Part shown: in pieces, positions 44,004 to 53,231 of the stretch
How positions within the stretch are numbered: the first letter of the stretch is position 1
Layout: each line of letters begins with the position of its first letter
DNA from: an uncultured Planctomycetaceae bacterium
Lineage (GTDB): Bacteria; Planctomycetota; Planctomycetia; Planctomycetales; Planctomycetaceae
DNA length: 64,000 nt
Assembly (NCBI GenBank): GCA_963815195.1
Contig: CAWFGE010000014.1
Span: forward strand, 141,097 to 205,096
Direction: 5' to 3'
Program-made: the position numbers and the translations under genes
The notes under the pieces: generated by a model
Told to the model about the DNA's origin: nothing
The model's input: the letters and a program-made list of their open reading frames with translations, nothing else
Database searches by the model: none

Positions 44004-46064
44004 ATGATCGTCAGTTGGAATTGGCTCAAAGATTATGTGAACCTCGAAATGCCGGTGGACGAGTTGACCCATCGGCTGACAATGGCGGGGCTGAACCTCG
44101 AAGAAGTGCACCACCTCGAAGGCGATGTGGCGATCGATCTGGAAGTCACCAGCAACCGCCCCGATTGCCTGGGGCATCTGGGCGTGGCCCGCGAGATCAG
44201 CGTGCTATTTGAATTGCCGCTGAATATCCCGCCCGCGAGCGTGCCGGCCGTCCCGCAACAAACGTCCGAAATCACGTCGGTGGACATCGAATGCCCGGAC
44301 CTTTGCCCGCTGTATGTCGCGCGGGTGATTCGCGGCGTGAAGATCGGCCCCAGCCCCGACTGGCTCATTCAGCGTCTGCAGGCTTCGCTGTCGCGGATTG
44401 ATGAAGAGGACCCAACCAAAACCGCCCTGTATCGGCCGATCAACAATGTGGCCGACATCACGAATTATGTGATGATGGAATGCGGGCAGCCGCTGCATGC
44501 GTTCGATTTCGACAAACTGCATGGCGGGCGGATCATCGTCCGGCGGGCGAAGGCCGGCGAAAAGGTCACCGCGATCGATCAGGCGGAGTATGCGCTCGAT
44601 CCGGAGATGTGCGTGATCGCCGACGCAGACCGCCCCGTCGCCATCGCCGGCGTGATGGGCGGGTTCGATACGGAAATCAGCCAAGGCACGGTGAACGTGT
44701 TGATCGAAGCCGCGGACTTCGCGCCGCTTTCCGTCCGCAACGCGGCCCGCCAGCTCAAGCTGCACAGCCCTTCGTCCTACCGGTTCGAACGCCAGGTCGA
44801 TCCCGCACAAATCGATTGGGCCAGCCGGCGGTGCTGCGAGTTGATCCAAAAACTCGCCGGCGGGGATCTCTTAACGGATCCCGTGATCGCCGGCCAACGT
44901 CCCGGAGCAACGCGGCCGGCCATCAAATTGCGGTTCGACCAGATTCCCCGCATTCTGGGGATCGACATCCCGCCGGGAACCGCCGTCAAGATTCTAGAGG
45001 ACCTGGGCCTCGAAAAAACCGGCGGGCAAAACGGCTCGTGTGAAGTCATCCCGCCTTCCTGGCGGCGGGATCTGAACCGCGAAGCCGACCTGATCGAAGA
45101 AGTCGCCCGCATTCACGGATACGATAACATCCCCGCCGATGTTCCCGTGCCCTTGGCTCCAAGCGCTCCGACCACGCGCGATCAGGTGCAAAACCGCGTT
45201 CGCGAAACGCTGACCGGCGCGGGCTTTTTCGAGGCGATCACGCTCTCGTTCACCACCGAGGAAAACCGCGCCCGGTTCATGCCGCGAGGCGATTTGGCCC
45301 CGCTCGCCGTCGAGCATTCCAGCCGCAAGCACGAAAACCTGTTAAGGCAAAGCCTGGTGCCGCACCTCTTGGAATCCCGCCGCGAGAACGAACGCCAGGG
45401 CAACTTCAATGTGCAGCTTTTCGAGATCGCCAAGGTCTATCTAAAAGCCTCGCCGGGGACGGCGGAGCGCGAAGTCGAGCCGACGGTCATCGGCCTCGTC
45501 AGCGGGCGGCCGTTTCGAGAATTGAAGGGCGTGGCGGCCGAATTGGCCCGCCGGATCAACCGCGGCGCGCTCGTCACCACGCGCCCCTCCGACGTTGCCC
45601 AGTTCGCTCCCGGCCGCGGTGCCGAGTTGCTGCTCAACGGCGAGCCCTGGGGTTGGCTGGGCGAACTGCATTCCAACATCGCCGACGACCTGAAGCTCCG
45701 CGATGAAACCACCGTGGCGGAACTCGACCTGGCGGCCTTGGAGGCGATCGCCGATCTGACGCCGCAGTTCGAACCGCTGCCCCAGTTCCCCGCCGTTATG
45801 CGGGATTTGAACTTCATCCTCGACGAAGGCGTGACCTGGCAGCAACTGGAACAGACGGTCCGCGCCGCCGCGGGCGAACTGTTGGATGCCGTCTCCTTCG
45901 GCGGCCAATACCGCGGCCAGCAGATCCCCGCGGACAAAAAGTCCTACCTCGTCACGGTCGGCTACCGCTCCCCCGACCGCACGTTGACCGCGGAAGAAGT
46001 GGACGAAGCCCAGAAGGCCGTCATCGAAGCCTGCGAAAAACAACTCGGGGCCCAACTGCGGTAA
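44004..46064 (+). CDS. pheT: Phenylalanine--tRNA ligase beta subunit (short form)
   Basis: 'MIVSWNWLKDYV', 'EVTSNRPDCLGHLGVARE', 'GQPLHAFD', 'PSWRRDL.READLIEEVARIHGY', C-terminal FDX-ACB. Confidence 0.95.
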   Translation: MIVSWNWLKDYVNLEMPVDELTHRLTMAGLNLEEVHHLEGDVAIDLEVTSNRPDCLGHLGVAREISVLFELPLNIPPASVPAVPQQTSEITSVDIECPDLCPLYVARVIRGVKIGPSPDWLIQRLQASLSRIDEEDPTKTALYRPINNVADITNYVMMECGQPLHAFDFDKLHGGRIIVRRAKAGEKVTAIDQAEYALDPEMCVIADADRPVAIAGVMGGFDTEISQGTVNVLIEAADFAPLSVRNAARQLKLHSPSSYRFERQVDPAQIDWASRRCCELIQKLAGGDLLTDPVIAGQRPGATRPAIKLRFDQIPRILGIDIPPGTAVKILEDLGLEKTGGQNGSCEVIPPSWRRDLNREADLIEEVARIHGYDNIPADVPVPLAPSAPTTRDQVQNRVRETLTGAGFFEAITLSFTTEENRARFMPRGDLAPLAVEHSSRKHENLLRQSLVPHLLESRRENERQGNFNVQLFEIAKVYLKASPGTAEREVEPTVIGLVSGRPFRELKGVAAELARRINRGALVTTRPSDVAQFAPGRGAELLLNGEPWGWLGELHSNIADDLKLRDETTVAELDLAALEAIADLTPQFEPLPQFPAVMRDLNFILDEGVTWQQLEQTVRAAAGELLDAVSFGGQYRGQQIPADKKSYLVTVGYRSPDRTLTAEEVDEAQKAVIEACEKQLGAQLR

Positions 46065-46116
46065 CATCGATTTGACACGAGTGATTCATGGAATGGATGA
46101 AAGACCTACGATCCAA

Positions 46117-48428
46117 TCACACCAAACCGCGGCGTTTGCGGAAGAACCATTCGAGGGATATTAAACCCACGAACACACACAGGAACCACCAGTTGTCCCA
46201 GAGACGCGTGCGGGTGATTCTGGAAACCAGTGTTGGCGGCGGATCGTCGAGCAAATCCTGCAAATAGTCCTTGAGTTCTTCCGGCCTCAAAAACCGGCCG
46301 CCGGTGGCGTTCGCGATGTCTTTCATCAGTTCCGGGTCGGCGGCGGGGTGATCGAGTTCCAAGTCGCGGGTGTTGACCAGAAACCGCGTCCAGCCGTCCG
46401 GCCCCAGTGACGTGCCGTCTTTGCTGCCGGACACGCGGACCCAATAATCGCCCGGCTCCGCGGTGCCGGCGAACTCGGCGAGATGCGTGTCGCCGCTCTG
46501 CCGAGGATTGAGCGATTGCTCTTCTTTCTTTTCCGTCCCTTTTTTTCCCGGGGCGATGACGATGGGCTTGAACTCGGCCCCGGGGATCGGAAGTCCGTGC
46601 TCGTCCCGCGCTCCGAACTCGACCTGCACCGATTGGTTCGGCGAATAGCTGCGCGGATTGGCCCGGGCCCACACCGCCTGCTCGCCGTCCATCTCTTTGC
46701 GGGACAGGTACAAAATCATCTGCTGCCAGAACCGCTGATGCTCTTCCTCATGCCCGGCCATCACCCACTGCCACGTGGTATCGCCCGCGAACGCCATCAC
46801 GCGGGCCGCCCCGACTTCGTGCGTAAACAACAACGGCGCGCCGCGCGGGGGTACTCGGCATCGGTCGCCGCGAGCACCTGGACCGCGGCGTTTTTCTGCT
46901 CCAGGCGGTTCGCGCTTTGGAGCGGCGGCAGACTTTGCCAGCGCTCGAGATTTTTGGAGAGCGTATCGAGCCGCATGATGTAATGCGCAAGCCCCTGCCG
47001 GGTGGGGAGCATCTTGAGATCCTGGAAGTAATGATCGGACTCCGAAACTTCGCCGCCCCGCGCCGCCGTGCCTGTAAGCCGGACCGGCAACAAGGGCTCG
47101 AGGGCTGTGCCTCGATAGCCGCCCGACCCGAACGTGTGAAATCCGCCGAGCATCAACAGCCCCGACCCTTCGCTGACGCGGTTCGCCAACTGGTTGAGCA
47201 AATTCGGGCCGAAAACTTCCGCAGGCACGTCGCCGATGATGTAGGCATCGTACTCGCCGGGCTCGAACATCCGCGGATCGATCTGGTTCTTCGCCAGGTA
47301 AGGCAGCGGGCGGATGGGCACGAAATCGATGTCGATCTTCTTCGAGCGGTTCGCCAGTTGGATGTATTTCTGCTCCCAGTACGGTTTGTCGAAGTAGGCG
47401 ATCTTCACGCCGCCTTTGCGGACGCTGATGATCGTGGCTTGCTCGTTGTTGGTCACCTTGAGTTCGCCGTCGGTCGTTTCCACGCGGACGGCGAGCTTGA
47501 ACTCGCCCGGCAACTCGGGCACGAAGGACAACTCGATCGGGATGACTTCGTTGTTCTTGGTCGGCGTGACTTTGACGAAAGGCTCGGCATTGCGGGTGAC
47601 GGGCAGTTCCACAAGCGGCCCCGTCTCGCCGGGGGCTTTGCCGGTGCGGTCTTCCAAGAGCACCCGCACGGTGAGTTCCCGGCCGACGGCCCCGAACGTC
47701 CTCAGCCGCGCCACCACCGGGACCGTCGTTTTCACGAAGGGTTCCGGAGCGACCGACACATCCTCGATCGCCAGATCGACGGCTCCTTTGAGCTCCGTGC
47801 TGCCGAACACGATCGTGGAGATCGGCACCCGGTGCGTCGGGTGGTTGCCGATCCGCTGCGCGACCTGCCGCGGCGGCATTTCCAAGGGCGGCAATGCCCG
47901 TTGGGCTCCGTCGCCCAACATTAACACCGCGACCAGTTGCTCGCGGCTGTTTTCCTTGAAGGTCTGATCGAGCACCGCCCCCATCGCAGTCTGCGGACCG
48001 GTCGCCTCCGGCGAGAGCGTCTCCACCGGCGTGAGCGAATCCGAAAAATCATAGTAGCGGATTTCGATCTTCTCTTCGAGTTCTTCCAAGAGATCGCCGG
48101 CATCGCCCAGGGTCTTGATGAGCGCTTCCCGGCGGGACAAACCGCCCGGGGCGTCGCGGGTCGTCATGCTCCGGCTCGCATCGGTGAGGATCAGCATCGC
48201 CCGCTGCTTCTCGTCGCGTTCTTCGTGCTGGATCTCCGGCCGGAGCATCGCCAGACCGAGCACAACCGCCGTCGCCAACCGCAATCCCAACAGCCCCCGC
48301 CGCCAGGGCACCGGCAAATGCCGAACGCGAGGCGGATAGGTCACCAGCACCAGCGCCACCAGCCCCAGAATGGCCAGCATGACCAGCGGATAAGACCAGA
48401 TTGGATCCAGATGGAACGACATCTTCAA
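46117..48428 (-). CDS. Membrane-anchored vWA + class-I glutamine-amidotransferase-like protein, frameshift near 46845
   Basis: MIDAS-like 'DASRSM', 'LGDG', 'GLLMLGG..FGSGGY', C-terminal 'LWDNWW..LEWFFRKRRGLV'. Confidence 0.75.
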
Positions 48429-48433
48429 GAGGA

Positions 48434-48518
48434 TTTTCGGTTCTCGGTTTTAGTCCCAGTTTTCGGTTTTCGCTTTTTCAATTGAAATTGGTCATGGGTG
48501 CCTGGTCATTGGTCATTT
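48434..48518. repeat. Degenerate heptamer tandem repeats (TTTTCGG; TTGGTCA)
   Basis: ttttcgg ttctcgg ttttagt..ttttcgg ttttcgc and ttggtca..ctggtca ttggtca. Confidence 0.55.
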
Positions 48519-50980
48519 CCCTGCGGCACCTGGTCCGCTTCGTAAAAGCGGTTGGACACCAAATGCTCGCCGCAGAAGACGAGGATCACCAAAAACAGCA
48601 CCTGTGGAAAGAGTTCCTGCCCCAACCGGCCTTCGGTGACGATCCGCTCGAGCTCGTCCAAGTTGCGGCTGATACGGTAGCGGTTCTCGCCGAACATCGC
48701 GTTGAGATCGTCGGTGCTGAGTTTTTTCAGATTGCTTTCCTCGGCGGGGGAATTGACGCTGAAACCCACGGCGAAATCGGAAGCCGGGTCGGCATCCAGC
48801 ACGCGGTACTGCCCGGGCTGCTGCGTTTCCACCAGCGTGAGAAAATCCCGGCCCGCCGGCACCGTGCGGGATTGCTGCGCTCCGTCCGGCGTGCGGAACA
48901 GATAGTTCTCGATCGTTCGCTCGGGATCCCAGCGGACGAGGGCTTCTTCCCCCGCCTGGTAATTGAACCGCCCCGCCGACTCCCGGCTGAGGTATCTCAT
49001 CAAATCGTGCGTGAAGACCAGATACGCCCAACGGCCCATCGGCAACTCGCTCCAATTCAATTGACCGATCTTGAGGCTCACCCCGGTCGTCAGCAGCACC
49101 ACCCGGCCCGCTCCATGCGCGCGTTCCACAATCGCAGGCGTCGGGGCGGGATAATCGATTTGCGTGTACCAATCCACGACCGAGGCATCTTCCGCCGGCG
49201 TCACATGCCAGCACTCATAGACCGGCATCTGAGACAACAGCGTCGCGCCCTTCAGTTCAAACAGCCGCTTGAACAAGGGATGCTCGCGCTTGGTAAGGCT
49301 CAAGGTTTCGGGCGGTCTGAATTCCCGTTTCGCCTCAAGCTTTGCGGGCACCAGGGATTGAGCCGTCGGCTTGTTGTATTCCACCGGGTTGATTTTTGCG
49401 CTGCCCAGAACAATCGCCAGGCCGCCGCCTCGGTTGGTAAACTCGGCCAGCGCATTCCACGCGGCTTCGCCGGGACCGGGCACGTTGACCAGGCAGACGA
49501 CCTGATAATTGCCCAGTTCTTCGAGATGCGTGTCCAGCCAGTTCGCGGCGTGTTGATCCACGCGAAACGGAGCCCGGCCCAGCTTGACCAATCTTTGCGG
49601 CGCGAGGGCTTCCTTCAAATAATCCCCGTCGCCCGGTTCGCCGTCCACAATCAACACCCGCGGCGGGAACTGGACGCCGACCGTGAAATACCGGCGATTG
49701 TCGGCGTCCAAGGGATCGCCGCTGCCGAGCCGGACTTGCCCCTGGGCGAACGGCTGCGAGAGGTCGGTGAGTTGAAACGTCTCGACGATCGGCTCGCCGG
49801 GCTTCAATCGTACGGTGCGTTTGCCTTGCGGGACTTCTTTGCCCGCGGAATTGGTGGCGAGGATTTCCACCGTCTGGGTGATTTCCTCACGGCCCGTCGC
49901 CGAGATCGTGACATCCACCGAAAGCGGCGAGCCGAGCGGCACCGTTTGGCTCGACAGCTTGAGCGATTCGACCATCGCGTTCTGCGGCTTCTCCACGCTG
50001 AGATCGATTACATACACATTGATGAACTTCAGCCGCTCGAGCTCTTTCCGCAAGAGCTTGGACGCGTTTTTCCGCCAGGCGGTTTCGCTGAGGTCGGTGA
50101 AGATGTAAATCTCCCGCAGGAATTGGTCCTGGCGATTTTCGGCGGGGACGGCCGCTTGGGAATCGAGCGTCCGGCCGTAGTCCTGTTCCTGGGCACTCAA
50201 TGCCTGGCGGACGCGCTGGTTGATCGGCACGCTGACCGCGGAGGTTCGTAGGCTCTGCACATCGCCGCGGGCCACGGCCAAGTCCTCGCGGAACGCCAAC
50301 GGATCGTCCGCTTTCGTTCCGCCGACCGCGACCCGACTCGCGGTGGGCAGCTTCGAGAGATAGTCGGCCGCGATCTGTTGGGCTTGTTCCAGCCGCGTCT
50401 TGCCTTGGTGGCGGTAGTCCATGCTCAAGCTGGTGTCGAACACGAACACCGCGGCGATGGGCAGGTCTTCGGTGAGGTCCGCGGCGGGGGCTTCGATCTC
50501 CGCCGCGATCCGCCGCTGATAAGGCCAGAACACGAGCAGCAATAAAAGCAGCGCAATCGCCAGACCCGTGCCGCCGCGGAGCACGCTTCGGCGGTACGTC
50601 AACGTGTGGTGCGACAATCGCTGTTTTCGCCAACGGGTGATGAGCGCGAAATAGACGCCCACTGCCAAGGCGAGAATCCCGAGCAGCGTGGCGGTTTCGG
50701 TGCCGGTGAGCGAATAGTTCGCCGCGGGCAAGGAAGGCCGGGCGATCGCGAGCACGATGAGCACGATCACCGCGATCCGCAACAGCAAAAGCCAGAGATG
50801 CCGAAGTTTCAGCCGCCGGACGTTGTTTTTCCGCCGATTCTGAATCAGCCGCAGGGCGGGAAATATCAACTTCTTCGGTTTGGCCCGCATCAACAGATGC
50901 AGCAAGATCGGCACGAGGGCGAGGGCCGCCCCGAACAAGAGTCCCGGCCGCAAGAAAATGTCTGGCGTCAAAAACGACAT
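48506..50980 (-). CDS. BatA-domain / vWA membrane protein
   Basis: 'PILLHLL..FPALRLI..LLLLRI..ARP' BatA N-terminus; 'DTSLSM' MIDAS; 'IFTD'. Confidence 0.8.
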   Translation of the reverse strand: MSFLTPDIFLRPGLLFGAALALVPILLHLLMRAKPKKLIFPALRLIQNRRKNNVRRLKLRHLWLLLLRIAVIVLIVLAIARPSLPAANYSLTGTETATLLGILALAVGVYFALITRWRKQRLSHHTLTYRRSVLRGGTGLAIALLLLLLVFWPYQRRIAAEIEAPAADLTEDLPIAAVFVFDTSLSMDYRHQGKTRLEQAQQIAADYLSKLPTASRVAVGGTKADDPLAFREDLAVARGDVQSLRTSAVSVPINQRVRQALSAQEQDYGRTLDSQAAVPAENRQDQFLREIYIFTDLSETAWRKNASKLLRKELERLKFINVYVIDLSVEKPQNAMVESLKLSSQTVPLGSPLSVDVTISATGREEITQTVEILATNSAGKEVPQGKRTVRLKPGEPIVETFQLTDLSQPFAQGQVRLGSGDPLDADNRRYFTVGVQFPPRVLIVDGEPGDGDYLKEALAPQRLVKLGRAPFRVDQHAANWLDTHLEELGNYQVVCLVNVPGPGEAAWNALAEFTNRGGGLAIVLGSAKINPVEYNKPTAQSLVPAKLEAKREFRPPETLSLTKREHPLFKRLFELKGATLLSQMPVYECWHVTPAEDASVVDWYTQIDYPAPTPAIVERAHGAGRVVLLTTGVSLKIGQLNWSELPMGRWAYLVFTHDLMRYLSRESAGRFNYQAGEEALVRWDPERTIENYLFRTPDGAQQSRTVPAGRDFLTLVETQQPGQYRVLDADPASDFAVGFSVNSPAEESNLKKLSTDDLNAMFGENRYRISRNLDELERIVTEGRLGQELFPQVLFLVILVFCGEHLVSNRFYEADQVPQGNDQ

Positions 50981-50993
50981 CGCTTATTCCTCG

Positions 50994-51043
50994 GAAATCC
51001 GAATATCGAAATCCGAAACAAATTCAAAATTCTAAAGGTTCAA
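50994..51043. repeat. Degenerate heptamer tandem repeat (GAAATCC-like)
   Basis: gaaatcc gaatatc gaaatcc gaaacaa attcaaa attctaa. Confidence 0.55.
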
Positions 51044-51080
51044 ATGCGGAGAAAAACCACCATTCACACGAACATTTCCT

Positions 51081-51220
51081 CCCTCGTTCCCAAGCTCCAG
51101 CTTGGGAACGCACTCTCGCGAAGCTCCGCTTCGCAACGCATCCTTAGTTCTTTGGCCGACGATTGAATGTGGGTCGTCCGACGTGAAGCGCGTTGCCAAG
51201 CAGCGCTTGGGAACGAGGGG
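51081..51220. repeat. REP doublet of the CTCGTTCCCAAGC family
   Basis: ccctcgttcccaagctccagcttgggaacg ... cgttgccaagcagcgcttgggaacgaggg. Confidence 0.75.
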
Positions 51221-51355
51221 GGAAAAGACAAGTCTGCTCGCACTCTGGATATGCATTCTCTCCGTTTTCTGACCGTGAGGCTATCTCAGATTCACGTTGC
51301 GCAATTTCTTACCTTTCGACTAACGTTTCAATCGAATCTACAAATGCGGCCAGAT

Positions 51356-52077
51356 CGACGGGGTGGCTGGGGCGCAATGGAATGTTTCAAGGAAAAAGGA
51401 GATTTGAGGCCTGGGGCCGTGTGAGATTCTTCTCGCCGGGCCACAGCCCCAGCTTTCGCAGTTCAAGCCCTATTCCAAGGGGGATTTGCGCCCCAGCCAC
51501 CCAGACGCTCCCCTCGTTCCCAAGCTCCGCTTCCCCTCGTTCCCAAACGGAGCTTGGCAACCACGGGAAATTCGTGTGATTCGTGGTTCCCGCCTCTTCA
51601 TGCCTTCGTGATCCCCTCGTCTTCGTGCCTTCGTGGTTCAATCCTTTTCGCGTCCGTCGTTTACTTCGTGGTCCCGTTGCCTCTCTTTGATCGTAGTGGT
51701 CTCGCAAGTGGCGACGGGGTGGCTGGGCGCAAAGGAATGTTTCAAGGAAAAAGGAGATTTGAGGCCTGGGGCCGTGTGAGATTCTTCTCGCCGGGCCACA
51801 GCCCCAGCTTTCGCAGTTCAAGCCCTATTCCAAGGGGGATTTGCGCCCCAGCCACCCAGACGCTCCCCTCGTTCCTAAGCTCCGCTTCCCCTCGTTCCCA
51901 AACGGAGCTTGGCAACCACGGGAAATTCGTGTGATTCGTGTAATTCGTGGTTCCCTCCTCTTCATGCCTTCGTGATCCCCTCGTCTTCGTGCCTTCGTGG
52001 TTCAATCCTTTTCGCGTCCGTCGTTTACTTCGTGGTCCCGTTGCCTCTCTTTGATCGTAGTGGTCTCGGAAGTGGCG
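51356..52077. repeat. Tandem duplication of a 356-bp non-coding unit built from REP/MITE-like parts
   Basis: Units start cgacggggtggctggg at 51356 and 51712; near-identical with a few substitutions and small indels. Confidence 0.9.
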
Positions 52078-52207
52078 GGCAAGGTGGGAGTTCTGAGTTC
52101 TGCGGGCGTTCTCTTTCCATTTTACGCTCGGCATGCGACACTGGAGGAAATGCCCCAAAATTTGGATTTTTGTTCGCAAACCCTCAGCCCCAAAGGACGC
52201 ACCGACG

Positions 52208-52945
52208 ATGACCCGCCCGAAACCTTCGCTGCCGATGCTGTTCTGGATGATTCTGATTTTGTGTCTGCCCTCTGTCCGTCTGTTTTCCACCACGGCCCGG
52301 GCGGAGGACAAAAAAACCGCCCAAGAGCCGCCGTTGGTCAAAGATAAAGACGGCTGGATTTCGCTGTTCGACGGCAAAACGCTCAAAGGCTGGAAAATCA
52401 CCAACTTCGGCGGCCAAGGCGACGTGACCGTGAAAGACGGGGCGATCTTGATGGAAGTCGGCTCCAACCTCACGGGCATTCACACCGAACGCAAACTGCC
52501 CAAGATCAACTACGAAGTGGAACTCGAAGCCCAGCGGGTCAACGGCACCGACTTTTTCTGCGGGCTGACGTTTCCGGTGAAAAAAGATCCGTGCAGCCTG
52601 ATCTTGGGCGGCTGGGGCGGCGGCGTGTGCGGGCTGTCGAGCATCGACGACATGGACGCTTCGGAAAACGACACCACGACCTATCAGGAGTTCAAAAACA
52701 AAAAGTGGTACAAGATCCGCCTCAAGGTGGCCGAGGACAAAATCGAGGCCTGGATTGACGGCAAAAAAATCGTCGAGCAGGAGCTCAAAGGCAAAAAAAT
52801 CGGCATCCGCTACGAGGTGGACCTGTCGAAACCGTTCGGCTTCGCCTGCTGGCAAACGACCGCCGCCCTCAAAAACATCCGCATCCGCTCCCTGGCCGAT
52901 GCCCCTAAGCGGGAAACCACGAAGAAGAACAAGAAAGCCTCTTAG
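52208..52945 (+). CDS. DUF1080 (3-keto-disaccharide hydrolase-like) secreted protein
   Basis: 'GWISLFDGKTLKGW', 'DFFCGLTFP', 'GGWGG', 'KNIRIR'. Confidence 0.85.
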   Translation: MTRPKPSLPMLFWMILILCLPSVRLFSTTARAEDKKTAQEPPLVKDKDGWISLFDGKTLKGWKITNFGGQGDVTVKDGAILMEVGSNLTGIHTERKLPKINYEVELEAQRVNGTDFFCGLTFPVKKDPCSLILGGWGGGVCGLSSIDDMDASENDTTTYQEFKNKKWYKIRLKVAEDKIEAWIDGKKIVEQELKGKKIGIRYEVDLSKPFGFACWQTTAALKNIRIRSLADAPKRETTKKNKKAS

Positions 52946-52962
52946 CTTCGACGGGAAGAAGG

Positions 52963-53189
52963 GACCACGAAACACACGAACGACACGAAAAAAACCGGCA
53001 GGAAGCCGTCCCCAACGGTGATTTGGGGGAACACTCATCTCCACTAATAACCGCCAATCAAGCAGAGCCTTCGGATTAGCGGTGATTAGAAAAATAGGGT
53101 TCCCGACTCCAAAATGGTTTTTTATTCGTGCTATCCGTGGTTCCAACCCCGCGCCCCCCTTTTTCGTGTGTTTCGTGTCTTTCGTGGTC
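52963..53189. repeat. MITE-like segment bounded by about 28-bp imperfect inverted repeats made of CACGAA 9-mers
   Basis: gaccacgaaacacacgaacgacacgaaa ... tttcgtgtgtttcgtgtctttcgtggtc. Confidence 0.7.
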
Positions 53190-53231
53190 AAACCTCGGCT
53201 TTCGTGGTGTTTGAATTGATGATGATTTTCT

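Noticed and set aside
51356..52077. CRISPR array or DGR template/variable repeat pair
   Set aside because: No regular repeat-spacer periodicity, no cas or reverse transcriptase gene, non-coding, and mismatches are not adenine-specific.
51387..52211. ORFs inside the tandem duplication
   Set aside because: Translations of REP-like repeats with no RBS or protein motifs.
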